A DNA stretch of 38,020 bases from Candidatus Zixiibacteriota bacterium (GTDB lineage: Bacteria; Zixibacteria; MSB-5A5; WJJR01). A program made the position numbers and the translations under genes. The notes below the pieces were generated by a model. The model made no database searches. It was given only the letters and a program-made list of their open reading frames with translations, and was not told the DNA's origin. The DNA is taken from the NCBI GenBank assembly GCA_036170655.1, contig JAVHPP010000033.1:17010-55029 (forward strand). Direction: 5' to 3'. Positions within the stretch are counted from its first letter, which is position 1. Every line of letters starts with the position of its first letter. Below are positions 29,501 through 38,020 of this stretch, piece after piece.

Positions 29501-30517
29501 CAGCCGGAAACGCTGTCGGCGCTTTCACTGACCCAGGTGCACGGCCGCATCACCGATTCGACCGGGGCGCTGGATGGTGGATTTAATGGCGCTCTTACCG
29601 TCACGGTCCGCGACGCACCGCGCCAGAGAATCTATCGCATCAACGACGCACTCTCGGTCAACTATGATCTGGCGGGAGGCACTCTCTATCGTGGAGAAGT
29701 TGCCATCACGGGTGGCCGGTTCCAGTTCGGCTTCGTCGTGCCCAAGGATATTGCTTATGGCCAGCGTGGCGCCACCATTCTGGGTCATGCCAGTTCACTG
29801 AACCAGATGGCCGGCGGTGCGCGCGATTCCCTGTTCATTGCCGGTTCCAGCGGTGTCGTAACGGACACGGCGGGGCCGCAAATCGAAGTACAGACGGCGG
29901 ACGGACGGGCCCTTCTCGATGGGATGGCCCTGCGGGAAGGGACAGAACTGGTGGCCATGATGCACGACACGTCGGGGATCAATCTGACCGGCGCCCCGGG
30001 GCACAGCCTTGAAGTCTTTGCCGATGAGCAAGCCCGTCCGCTGGCAGACCTCACCGGCCTGTTTACCTATGATCCGGGAGGCTTCCGCCGCGGCCACGCG
30101 CAGTTCGCGCTGACCGGTCTCGCGAAGGGACTCCACAGACTGCGGGTCAAGGCCTGGGACAACGCAAACAACTCGTCTGTCAAGACGATTGATCTTGAAA
30201 TCAGTGACCAGCCCGAATTTCGTGTCAGTGAGTTCCTGAATTATCCGAACCCGTTCTCCGTTCAGACCAAATTCTACTTCCGGCCAGCTGTTGACCGGGC
30301 CACGATTCGCCTGTTTACACTAAGTGGCCGACTGATTCGGTCTCTTGACGGGGTTCGTGACGGAGAGACCCTCTGGGATGGAACCGACCAGGAAGGCGAT
30401 CCGGTTGGTAACGGGGTTTACCTCGCCCAGATCGAAATTACGGACCGTGTGGCCGAAGGGTCCCGGCAGGTCGATAAAACAGCACACAGGGAAATCAAAG
30501 TCGTTGTCTCCCGATAA
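26522..30517 (+). CDS. porU: Type IX secretion sortase PorU (peptidase C25) with propeptide and T9SS CTD
   Basis: C25 motifs EDIYDDFS..DPVAIRRFL, LLLGDGTYD, YIGHG (His), TFSC (Cys), LFGDP; PorU-like FVVPKDI and VKAWDNANNSS; CTD NYPNPF..IRLFTLSGRLI..WDG..NGVYL; immediately upstream of porV. Confidence 0.88.
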   Translation: MRSVVVPVLASIVTLIFSSPSLMAGEYDDVQVLSASSLEIAFVYRPGPLSWSMDEAGAYPQIPACAVGRLTGYPAIPGRLVYIAVPPGCQNVSATAERITARDEGQHPLTPDDLAAAVLFPYPEQLVLVDPLFTLRGLKIARLTLHPFTYESADGRYSVMGEMTIRVHFEVTGSLGAPPPGQLTDAFSGIFHEIILNADQVSDWRVTGEESLAKPAAAPDPFAGADHWLAISVHTGGVVRIIPEDLSRVGIDLAAVTPSSFRLFSGPGRQLSTRMSDPPPALTEIPILIRGGDDGRFDGADEIEFYAQGLNRWEMTPDGRLTDVVHRYDRDNVYWLSLDGSFSRPPQRLVAVAATEPSAAAPVYVSGRSRARHERDKILRVDGLGYVGSYYTWYWQNLRTAQLFSYAVDQAEPGAPARWEISAHAGRVRLLEDGAVVPTVNVPFGNGEDGAVITAFDLASFNPGARFDLVFDSSGSENYYLDYYSLDYQRRLTLASSAIQFASPDTNAVLTLAVADVTTGSVWDVTDSANPFIVDSLTRSGNVVRFGVDQEGGARHVYYAFEPSQRQRPSQVRLMIRPDLYAPVAPADYLVIGPRVFQQASSSFMTYRANHDGLSVRYVPVEDIYDDFSLGVADPVAIRRFLRYAYQNWPRSAHGSPAYALLLGDGTYDFLDNSGAHAVNYVPPYIASDDNSAADENYVYFGDKQVLNSEGDRPANPFSDMIIARWPVKNAAQIQAITSKITRYESPENLGPWRSRVMLVADDEFGDRERNSVDEDFHVRSAEEIAHGFIPSRFDLQKIYLTEYPFNNPGCELPAARGCRKPAAKEAIVAGLNDGVLVFDYIGHGNPDLLAHERVFERAVDLPRLTNAGMPTAALTFSCSIGFFDDPSSEGMSEEWLRMPDAGAVAVVSATRLVTAGANAALNEKVFDLLFNRQMTGIGAALYTGKVLRQYFANCTNCGQPPCPCPNDRRYVLFGDPAMKLGNPTLKVDFDSLQPETLSALSLTQVHGRITDSTGALDGGFNGALTVTVRDAPRQRIYRINDALSVNYDLAGGTLYRGEVAITGGRFQFGFVVPKDIAYGQRGATILGHASSLNQMAGGARDSLFIAGSSGVVTDTAGPQIEVQTADGRALLDGMALREGTELVAMMHDTSGINLTGAPGHSLEVFADEQARPLADLTGLFTYDPGGFRRGHAQFALTGLAKGLHRLRVKAWDNANNSSVKTIDLEISDQPEFRVSEFLNYPNPFSVQTKFYFRPAVDRATIRLFTLSGRLIRSLDGVRDGETLWDGTDQEGDPVGNGVYLAQIEITDRVAEGSRQVDKTAHREIKVVVSR

Positions 30518-30685
30518 TTCAGAGTGGAGCCGCGTGAGTCACGGTTTGAAACAGGATTTGAAGCAGAAGCTGATACAGGTCGGAAAAGCGCCTTCGAATT
30601 CACCGGTTGTTCCCGGTGCGACGAAGCTCCCGTTTACGGGGCCGAAGGATTCAGATTCGAATTGAAGAGGGAAAGGACACAAGCA

Positions 30686-33343
30686 ATGCGACGGATGAAA
30701 CTTCTGATGATTCTGGTGATCTTTGGGGGCATACTGGTCGGCCCAAGCGAGAGCGAAGCGGCGGTCAATGCCGGTGTGCTCTTCTTGCGCATCGCTGCGG
30801 GTGCGCGCGCCGCCGGCATGGGGGAAACCTTCGTCGGCCAAGCCAACGATGCCACCGCGACGCACTGGAACCCGGCCGGGCTGGGCGACTACCCGTTGAA
30901 TAGTCAATGGGATGAATTCCTCCTCCCGTCGTATGGCTCCGTCCGCGATGCCGCCATGATCAAGAACGGCCTGCCCTACGAGGGACCTGCCGCCTACGAT
31001 CTTTGGATCCTCACCGATCAAGGACTGCTTGTTTTCGGAGCGACTGACGCGGGCAAGGAAACTCCGTCCACCGATTCTTCAGCAGCCGGAAACGCGCTCA
31101 TTGCTAAATCACGATTCTCTAATTTCATCAAGATCACGACGGCGGGTGCGACCAGCGTATCGGGAGCCATCCGCCGTTACGCTCCGTTTCTGTCGGAGGC
31201 GCAGGCCGACGACATCGCCGCCCGGTCGGCGGCGCAGCTCCTTGGCATGTCCAGCGCCGGGATCGAATCGCTGCTGACACGTCTGACTGAGGCGATCCCG
31301 TCTGACTACAAGGACCGGACCGCCCTCGAGACTGTCCTTCGTGACTTCCGCACCGGCTATCGCGAAGCACGACTCGACAAGGAAAGGATCGGCGAGTTGC
31401 GTCAGGCGTTGGCGGCCCTGCCGCCATCTGGCCCGGCCGATCTCGAGGCGCTGGACCGTGTCCGCTTCTCGATGCAACGAAGCCTGACCAACCAGATTCC
31501 CCCATCTGTCGATGTTGCTTTCAGCGGCTTGTTTACTCCGCCCATTCGCGCTATTGGCGGCGATGGGTCGCGTCTCTATGTCGCATTCGGCGACCAGTTC
31601 GTGATGTTCGACGGGACAGCCTGGGATGCCATCGCGCCTCCTTCTGAACGCGGATGGTCGGATGAAGCTGTCAACTGCATCGAAATTACCAGTGGGCCGC
31701 GCCTCTGGCTGGGGACGGATCACGGGGTGCTGTCGCGTCTTTCCGGGGATTGGAAACGCTATGGGCTGAATGAGGGCCTTCCGGGTGAGAAGGTGACCAA
31801 GCTCGCCTTGAGCGGCAGCCGGTCCGGCTGGGTCCTGACGGACGCGGGTCTCGCGGCATTGAGCGACTCGACGTTCTCTGGCAGCGTCGCGCTGACGGCC
31901 AACGTCGGTGATTCGTTGTCGAGCATGTTGCGCCGCTTTTTCGACACCGATGACGATGTCTTTCTGGCACGTGCCGAGAAGCGGGTCATCTCCGTCAATG
32001 GCTTGAGCGAGGGCTACGTGCCCGAACCGGCAACCACTGTCAGGGTACCGTATCAACTGGGCATCCGTGGCGAGGTCACCGCGTTGGCGCTCGACAATTA
32101 CCAGCGTCTCTGGGTGGGAACGACGCTCGGCGCCCTTCGCTTTTCTCAGGGCCGCTGGTCGGCGCCGGGGTATGTCAAAGTCGTTTCTGACGAAGCGACC
32201 ACGGCGAAGACGCTGGCGGAAAAGCAGCTCGGTTCACGCGCGACACCTGAGCGCATCGATCATTTTGCGCGCATTATTGCCGGCTACAATGGACTCGGAG
32301 AAGATGGCAGCATTGAAGCGGGCCGCACCGTCTACGTGTACCGCAATCCCGCGGCCGCCCAAGTCAACGCCATGGTGGCGATTGGCGACCTGTTTTTCGT
32401 CGCCACGGACGCCGGGCAGTTGCAGGTGAAATCCGGCGACTGGAGCCGTTACTACCACCGCAATCTCGAACGCGATCAGGTGAGGGCCATCGCTGCCCAG
32501 GGACGCGACGTCTGGTTTGTCACAAACGACCGGGTCGTCGTCTATATGCAGCCGCACAAGGAAGTGACCTTGATGCACGCCAACTGGCTGCCCGAACTGG
32601 CGCCGGACATCTACTATGAATATCTCTCGTACGTGAGCCACGTCGAAGGGTGGGGGACACTGGGTGCGGCGGCGACGTTCCTTTCCTACGGCGAAATCCT
32701 GCGGACCGATGAACGTGGCCAGCCCGGCAATTCATTTCACTCGTTCGATGGTGCTTTCTCTCTGTCCTATGGCACCCGTCTCAGCCCCAATCTGGCCGGT
32801 GGTCTGTCCGCGAAGGTCATCTATTCCCGCTTGGCAGATCAGGGCGCCGGACGGGAGGTTGGCAGCGGCAGCGCCACCGCATTCGCCATGGATGCTGGCT
32901 TGCTCTATCACACGCCGTGGCGCAAGCTGACTCTGGGGATGGCGCTGACGAATGTCGGTCCCAACATTTCGTACATCGACGCGCAGCAATCCGATCCTCT
33001 GCCGCGCAATCTGGCCTTAGGGTTCGCCTGGCGGGTTGTGCAATCCCCCTACAACCGCATCACGCTGGTGGGCGAACTCAACAAGGAACTGGTGAACCTC
33101 GGCGGAGGAGGGGGATCCGAGCTGAAGCAAATTATTTACAATGTCGGCGCGGAATACTGGTACGGTTCTTTTATCGCGCTCCGGGGCGGCTACATTTACG
33201 ATCAGGACGGCAGCATCAGGACGCCGACACTGGGCGCCGGGCTGTCATATCAGCGGTTTGAGATCGATTTCGCTTATATTCCCTCGACACATGACACGCC
33301 GCTGTCAAACACACTGCGCGTCAGCATGACGGGGCGGTTCTGA
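30686..33343 (+). CDS. porV: PorV-family outer-membrane barrel with a large internal insertion (propeller blades + LysM-like repeats)
   Basis: PorV N-terminus FLRIAAGARAAGMGE..NDATATHWNPAGL; barrel HANWLPEL..DIYYEYLSY, KVIYSRL, AFAMDAG, TNVGPNISY..DPLPRNL, GAEYWY..LRGGY, LSNTLRVSMTGRF; AAGGA RBS before ATG 30686. Confidence 0.85.
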   Translation: MRRMKLLMILVIFGGILVGPSESEAAVNAGVLFLRIAAGARAAGMGETFVGQANDATATHWNPAGLGDYPLNSQWDEFLLPSYGSVRDAAMIKNGLPYEGPAAYDLWILTDQGLLVFGATDAGKETPSTDSSAAGNALIAKSRFSNFIKITTAGATSVSGAIRRYAPFLSEAQADDIAARSAAQLLGMSSAGIESLLTRLTEAIPSDYKDRTALETVLRDFRTGYREARLDKERIGELRQALAALPPSGPADLEALDRVRFSMQRSLTNQIPPSVDVAFSGLFTPPIRAIGGDGSRLYVAFGDQFVMFDGTAWDAIAPPSERGWSDEAVNCIEITSGPRLWLGTDHGVLSRLSGDWKRYGLNEGLPGEKVTKLALSGSRSGWVLTDAGLAALSDSTFSGSVALTANVGDSLSSMLRRFFDTDDDVFLARAEKRVISVNGLSEGYVPEPATTVRVPYQLGIRGEVTALALDNYQRLWVGTTLGALRFSQGRWSAPGYVKVVSDEATTAKTLAEKQLGSRATPERIDHFARIIAGYNGLGEDGSIEAGRTVYVYRNPAAAQVNAMVAIGDLFFVATDAGQLQVKSGDWSRYYHRNLERDQVRAIAAQGRDVWFVTNDRVVVYMQPHKEVTLMHANWLPELAPDIYYEYLSYVSHVEGWGTLGAAATFLSYGEILRTDERGQPGNSFHSFDGAFSLSYGTRLSPNLAGGLSAKVIYSRLADQGAGREVGSGSATAFAMDAGLLYHTPWRKLTLGMALTNVGPNISYIDAQQSDPLPRNLALGFAWRVVQSPYNRITLVGELNKELVNLGGGGGSELKQIIYNVGAEYWYGSFIALRGGYIYDQDGSIRTPTLGAGLSYQRFEIDFAYIPSTHDTPLSNTLRVSMTGRF

Positions 33344-33369
33344 TCTTGGACGGGAATAGCGCAAGTGAG

Positions 33370-36300
33370 ATGAGCAGAATCGCTTGGAAGGTTGGTGTCA
33401 CGGTTCTCCTCTTGGGGAGTTCTGCCGCTTGGGCGGCAGCCGGTCCATCGGCTTCGGTCCTGCCCTTGCATCATGATGCATTGGTCGTGGAATCACCGCA
33501 GGCATCGGAACGTCTCCGGTGCTTTTGCCCGACGCCGTCCACCCGGAATCTGCTCCAATTGGAGCGGCCCGATGTCTTCAAACCGGGCATCCGCACTGCC
33601 AGCGCCAAGACCGCTGGCCCCCTCAAGATTTTGGGTATTCGCGTGGAATTCCCGCTTGAAGGAGCCGATGATTTGCTGACCACAGGCCAGGGCCGGTTCG
33701 ATATGCGCGACACGGCAGCCTACTTCGAGGCCACCGGCCATCACTTCGATAGCGCACCCCATGGCCGCCTTTACTTCGAGGCGCATCTGCGCGCGCTGCA
33801 CCTCTACTGGGCAACAGTCTCCAACGATCAAGTGACTCTCGAAGGAACGGTCTTTCCGCGCGCGGCCGACAGTGTCTACCAGCTGCCGCCGGACAGGCCC
33901 ATGTCCTTCTATGGCCGTGAACGGACCGGCGACAGCGGCGTGACTTTTGGTCTGCGGCAATTCGTCATTGACGCCGCCACGTCGGCATCGGCGAGCGACC
34001 CGGCGCTCCGCTTCAGCGACTACGACGCGGTGATCATCTTTCATGCGGGTTCGGATCGTCAGTCGGACATCCTCCAGGACTCTCCCCGCGACTTGTTCAC
34101 GGGCTTTCTCCGGTTGGACAGCACGCTCTATCTTCGTTCTGGGACTGACTCCCTCGTCGAGGCGATCATCATGCCCGAGACCGAAATCCAGGATGGCCGC
34201 ATCACCGTCCTCAACGGTGTCATGGCGCATGAATTCGGTCATCAATTGGGCTTGGTCGATTTGTACAACACGCGCAACTTCATGACCCAGATTGGCAACT
34301 TCAGTCTGATGGACAACAACGCGTCGGATGTCGGCGTCCGTGCCGCGGTCAGCGGACGGGAGCGGATCATCTTCGGTGCGCTGCCGGTCTTTCCCGATGC
34401 CTGGTCACGGGCGTATTTGGGTTTTGTCAGCGTGACCACGGTCACCGATTCGTCCCGAGTGCCGGTTCCGACGGCCGAACGATTCTCTCTTGTGCCACAA
34501 TCGTTCTCACAAGTGCTCCGTGTCCCGATTTCCTCCACCGAGTACTACCTGGTGGAGAATCGCCGCACCGATATCGATGACTTGGGTGATCCGGGGCTGC
34601 GTCTCGATTCAGTCACCAATGTCGTTCTGGAGCCCGTCGATACCAGGGTCGTGCTCCCCAGCCGTGAGTACGATTTTCTCCTGCCGGGCAACGGGCTTCT
34701 CATCTGGCACGTCGATGAAGGGGTGGCGTCTCTGGACTATGCGACGTCCGACGACGTCCGCAACAACTTTCTGGCCAACACGCTTCAGTGGGACCCGCAT
34801 CGCCGTTTTGTTCGCCTGATCGAAGCCGATGGCATCGTCAATTTCGGTGGATACTATTCGTCCGGGACAGGGACATCACGTGACTATTTCTTCGACCCGA
34901 ACAAACGGGAACTCTCGGCCAGTACCAATCCGCCCGCTGTGAGCAACACCGGCGGGGCCACGGGGATTCGCCTTTTTAATATCTCGGGCCCTTCGAACGA
35001 TATGAAATTTGATGTCACTGTCACCGGACGCCTCCCCGGCTTCCCGGTTTACACGGGTCCTGAACGCAGCGACGCGGCTGCGCCCGTCGTTACGGACATC
35101 ACTCTCCGATACGGTGAATGGATGTATCCCGGCGATGGCCATCCGGAGATTTTCACTGCATATCATCAATATATTCTGGGATGGAATTGGAACGGCACAC
35201 CGATCGGGATGACCGAAGTGCCGGACACCGTGGTGACGTTCGACACCAGCCGTGTCGTTGATACGCTCGCGATCGTCGCTGAGGGCGCGCCCGATGACTC
35301 CGGCTGGATTGCGCCTCCGATGGTTGGTGATTTCGATGGCGAAGGCGGAGCCGAATTGGTCACGGTTTCACGAACCGGACGGGTCTACCAATGGGTCATG
35401 GCCGATCGTGATTCCAATGGCCTGTTCGATCTCAAACGGGTTGCGCAGACGACGGGCAGACCCGTCGGCCCCCCGGTCATTCTCGAACAGAACGCCCCAT
35501 TCAAAAAACTCCTCGTTCCCGTTGAGGGCTCGCACTACGATCTGATCAGTCTGACGACGGATACGTCGAGCACCCACTCTCTGCCCGGCGCGCTTCGCGG
35601 TGTCGCCGGTCGCAACGATTACGAAGCAATCGGTGTGTTTCGGACCGTCGACAGCGTCTGGCTCGTTGGTTCCATCTTTGATGCACTGAAGCATGTCGCC
35701 ATAGAGGCCGAGTCCCTCTTGACGCCGGCGTTGGGCGATCTCAACCATGATGGCAAAATCGAGGCCGTCGTCCTCGATGTCGGCGGGCGCCTCTGGGCCC
35801 TGGATACCGCAGCCTTCGCTCCGCTGGATGGCTTCCCGGTCCGACTTGACTATGCCCCGGTTACGTCGCCGGTTCTCGCCGATCTCAATCGTGATGGCTA
35901 CCTCGATATCATCACGGCTGGCGGGGGAGCCATATACGCGTATGCGCACAACGGCGCTCTCCTGCCGAACTTCCCGGTCACGATTGGACAGAGCAATATG
36001 CCCGACACTGCCGTGGCGACTCCCGTCGTGGGCGATTTTGGTGAAACTTCGCTCTTGAGCCTGATCGCGGGGGGAAGCAATCGTGCCGTGTATGGATTTG
36101 CCGGCAACGGCCGGGAAGAGGGCGGCTTTCCGTTGGCCGTGGGGGGAGAGGTAGATGCTCCCCCGGCGCATGCCATCAATGCTGCGGCCAATCAGGCGGC
36201 CGTGTTCACGCGGGCTGCCGATGGGTATCTCTATGCCTACGAAGTCCCCATGGCCGCTTCTCCCTCGCAGGCAGTCTGGCCCATGGCATCCCATGATCCC

Positions 36301-36642
36301 CTGCGCACGGCAACAGTTCCACCAGAAGACTTGGACCCGAAGCAGACCTATGCCCAGTTCTTCGCGCCCGAAAAGGCCTTTGTCTATCCGAATCCGGCAC
36401 AGGACAGGGCCATCGTCCGCTACTGGCTCGGCGATGACGCTGATGTCCATATCAAGATCTTTGATCTGGCGGGAAATCTCGTGCGCGAGACCGATGGGCC
36501 GGGCACCGGCGGCGCGTACAACGAATGGACATGGGAATGCGCCACGGTGGCGTCCGGCGTGTACTTTGCCCATCTTGAAGTTGTCTCCAAGTCCAGTGGG
36601 CGCCACGAGACTGCGCTATGCAAATTGTCGGTTGTCCAATAG
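33370..36642 (+). CDS. Secreted M6 (immune inhibitor A-like) metallopeptidase + FG-GAP repeats + T9SS CTD
   Basis: IIFHAG, HEFGHQLGLVDLY (HExxHxxGxxD), Met-turn FSLMD, EYYLVENR, GLLIWHVD; GDFDGEG, GDLNHDG, ADLNRDG repeats; CTD FVYPNP..IFDLAGNLV..ASGVYF. Start 33370 (or TTG 33346). Confidence 0.85.
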   Translation: MSRIAWKVGVTVLLLGSSAAWAAAGPSASVLPLHHDALVVESPQASERLRCFCPTPSTRNLLQLERPDVFKPGIRTASAKTAGPLKILGIRVEFPLEGADDLLTTGQGRFDMRDTAAYFEATGHHFDSAPHGRLYFEAHLRALHLYWATVSNDQVTLEGTVFPRAADSVYQLPPDRPMSFYGRERTGDSGVTFGLRQFVIDAATSASASDPALRFSDYDAVIIFHAGSDRQSDILQDSPRDLFTGFLRLDSTLYLRSGTDSLVEAIIMPETEIQDGRITVLNGVMAHEFGHQLGLVDLYNTRNFMTQIGNFSLMDNNASDVGVRAAVSGRERIIFGALPVFPDAWSRAYLGFVSVTTVTDSSRVPVPTAERFSLVPQSFSQVLRVPISSTEYYLVENRRTDIDDLGDPGLRLDSVTNVVLEPVDTRVVLPSREYDFLLPGNGLLIWHVDEGVASLDYATSDDVRNNFLANTLQWDPHRRFVRLIEADGIVNFGGYYSSGTGTSRDYFFDPNKRELSASTNPPAVSNTGGATGIRLFNISGPSNDMKFDVTVTGRLPGFPVYTGPERSDAAAPVVTDITLRYGEWMYPGDGHPEIFTAYHQYILGWNWNGTPIGMTEVPDTVVTFDTSRVVDTLAIVAEGAPDDSGWIAPPMVGDFDGEGGAELVTVSRTGRVYQWVMADRDSNGLFDLKRVAQTTGRPVGPPVILEQNAPFKKLLVPVEGSHYDLISLTTDTSSTHSLPGALRGVAGRNDYEAIGVFRTVDSVWLVGSIFDALKHVAIEAESLLTPALGDLNHDGKIEAVVLDVGGRLWALDTAAFAPLDGFPVRLDYAPVTSPVLADLNRDGYLDIITAGGGAIYAYAHNGALLPNFPVTIGQSNMPDTAVATPVVGDFGETSLLSLIAGGSNRAVYGFAGNGREEGGFPLAVGGEVDAPPAHAINAAANQAAVFTRAADGYLYAYEVPMAASPSQAVWPMASHDPLRTATVPPEDLDPKQTYAQFFAPEKAFVYPNPAQDRAIVRYWLGDDADVHIKIFDLAGNLVRETDGPGTGGAYNEWTWECATVASGVYFAHLEVVSKSSGRHETALCKLSVVQ

Positions 36643-36705
36643 GAGCGTGTTGATCCTGTTCGAAACGGAATTGATCAACTTCGCGAAAACACGGGAGGTA
36701 TGCAA

Positions 36706-37722
36706 ATGATTCACTCACCACACACAGGGAAAACGGGATGGACCGTTCTGGCGTTCCTCATCGGCGCCGTGTCTCTCGCGCAGATATCGCCGGCCGCCGC
36801 GGCGCGGCGTGACGCCGGCCCGGCAAACCCGCTGGCGGGCATTACCGTTGATGATCTGTCGTCCCAACGCATGCTTGTCACGACCATGGTCATGACCGGT
36901 GACAGGTCGCTCTATACAGACAATGACGAGTCATCCGATGCCGGACTCTATGCCTATGAATCCAAATCCCCCAAGCGGGCTTTTCTCCAGTCGGTGCTGA
37001 TCCCCGGCTGGGGGCAGTGGTACAACGGTTCACGCATCACTCCATTTGTCTTCCTCGGTCTCGAAGCGGCCGGATGGCTCGGCGTCAGCCATTTCCACAG
37101 CAATGGCAACCAGAAGCAGGGCAAGTACCAGCGATTCGCCGACGATGACTCATTGGGATGGGACTACAGCCTTTACAACCATGCGTTGCAAGTTGTGTAC
37201 GGCGTCGACAGTGACACGTCGAAGTACCTGAACCCTGAGTGGGTGAAGTGTCAGACCGACCCGAACTGTCAGGATGTACCCCCGCAGTATATTCCGTGGT
37301 CGCACCACGTGTTCGACGATGGCAATGGGAATCCGATCAAGAACCAGACATACTATGAGAACATCGGGAAGTACGACCAGTTCGCATTCGGCTGGCGGGA
37401 TTACAACGACACCGACAGCAACGGGATCGGGACGCCGCCCACGAAGCCACAGGATACGGTCGGTGTCAGTTACATCACTCAGAATCGCAGGAACTATCTG
37501 AACCAGCGGGCCAGCGCCAACCGTGAGTTCAGCCGGGCCTCGACAATCCTGATCCTCACCATCAGCAACCACCTGATTTCGGCCTTCGAAGCCGCGATTG
37601 GTGCCAATCGGCATAATAGGTCGCTTGATCAATTCGGCGCGGTTGATGCGCACATGAGTCTGGTCCGTTCGCAGACGACCGGCAACCTGATGCCCAACAT
37701 GACCCTGAACTACCGGTTCTGA
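36706..37722 (+). CDS. DUF5683-like exported/membrane protein
   Basis: Signal peptide; KSPKRAFLQSVLIPGWGQWYNG motif; YYENIGKYDQF; NHLISAFEA; ends LNYRF. GGAGG spacing favours ATG 36706. Confidence 0.7.
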   Translation: MIHSPHTGKTGWTVLAFLIGAVSLAQISPAAAARRDAGPANPLAGITVDDLSSQRMLVTTMVMTGDRSLYTDNDESSDAGLYAYESKSPKRAFLQSVLIPGWGQWYNGSRITPFVFLGLEAAGWLGVSHFHSNGNQKQGKYQRFADDDSLGWDYSLYNHALQVVYGVDSDTSKYLNPEWVKCQTDPNCQDVPPQYIPWSHHVFDDGNGNPIKNQTYYENIGKYDQFAFGWRDYNDTDSNGIGTPPTKPQDTVGVSYITQNRRNYLNQRASANREFSRASTILILTISNHLISAFEAAIGANRHNRSLDQFGAVDAHMSLVRSQTTGNLMPNMTLNYRF

Positions 37723-37904
37723 TGCGAACTCCGAGGCGATGCTCCATTGATAGTCCGGGAACGACCGTTGCGCGCGCGCTGTGCGTCGTGATCGTCCTGA
37801 TCGGCGCTCAGTCCCTTGTCGCGGCCCAGACTTCTGTCGCGCACTCGGCATCCAGTGTGCGGACATTATCGGATATTCCGAATGGAGGTTGTGACTCCGC
37901 GCAC

Positions 37905-37932
37905 GTAGGGACGGATTTCAAACCCGCCCTGC
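37905..37932. repeat. GTAG-type REP-like palindrome
   Basis: GTAGGGACGGATTTCAAACCCGCCCTGC: GTAG tetramer followed by an imperfect hairpin, downstream of the last CDS. Confidence 0.5.
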
Positions 37933-38020
37933 TGTTATCGGAGCCAAAGGGCGGAAAGGGAATCAACCACTATCCCCGCCAGACACATAAGTCGGACCGG
38001 AGGGGCATTTTCACCACGAG

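Noticed and set aside
30570..30650. Hammerhead ribozyme in the porU-porV gap
   Set aside because: Three stems present but the CUGANGA and GAAA core is missing from the junction.
35368..36606. 412-aa antisense ORF (likewise 17337-18242, 21861-22916, 31109-32056)
   Set aside because: Overlap well-supported genes, mostly on the opposite strand (21861-22916 is an alternate frame); no family motifs.
37723..38020. Possible gene at the right edge
   Set aside because: No supported ORF or RNA gene; only a REP-like palindrome.

Overview
GC-rich (roughly 60% by eye) bacterial chromosome segment with 17 credible CDS and no rRNA, tRNA, CRISPR array or transposase that I can recognise. PorU/PorV genes, T9SS-type C-terminal domains and two-cysteine dockerin tails suggest an FCB-related lineage such as Zixibacteria (inference). 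Gene order: GT9 heptosyltransferase, long RelA/SpoT, a gluzincin-peptidase/TolB-propeller/Omp85 fusion coupled to a BamB-like lipoprotein, hsp20-fmdB-clpB, an Ig-repeat lipoprotein, an FN3+dockerin protein, a solo four-Cys PD-(D/E)XK nuclease, a CtpA protease, a GT-C-like/TPR membrane protein, a subtilase with PKD, cohesin-like and dockerin domains, and a porU-porV-M6 peptidase-DUF5683-like operon. The most striking candidates are (1) a PorV-family barrel split by a ~557-aa insert of propeller blades and LysM-like repeats, inside a minimal type IX attachment operon, and (2) a possible cohesin-dockerin surface protease assembly encoded divergently from it. A full sigma54 promoter architecture (phased palindromes, IHF-like site, -24/-12) precedes hsp20. 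All domain calls come from motif reading, not database searches.
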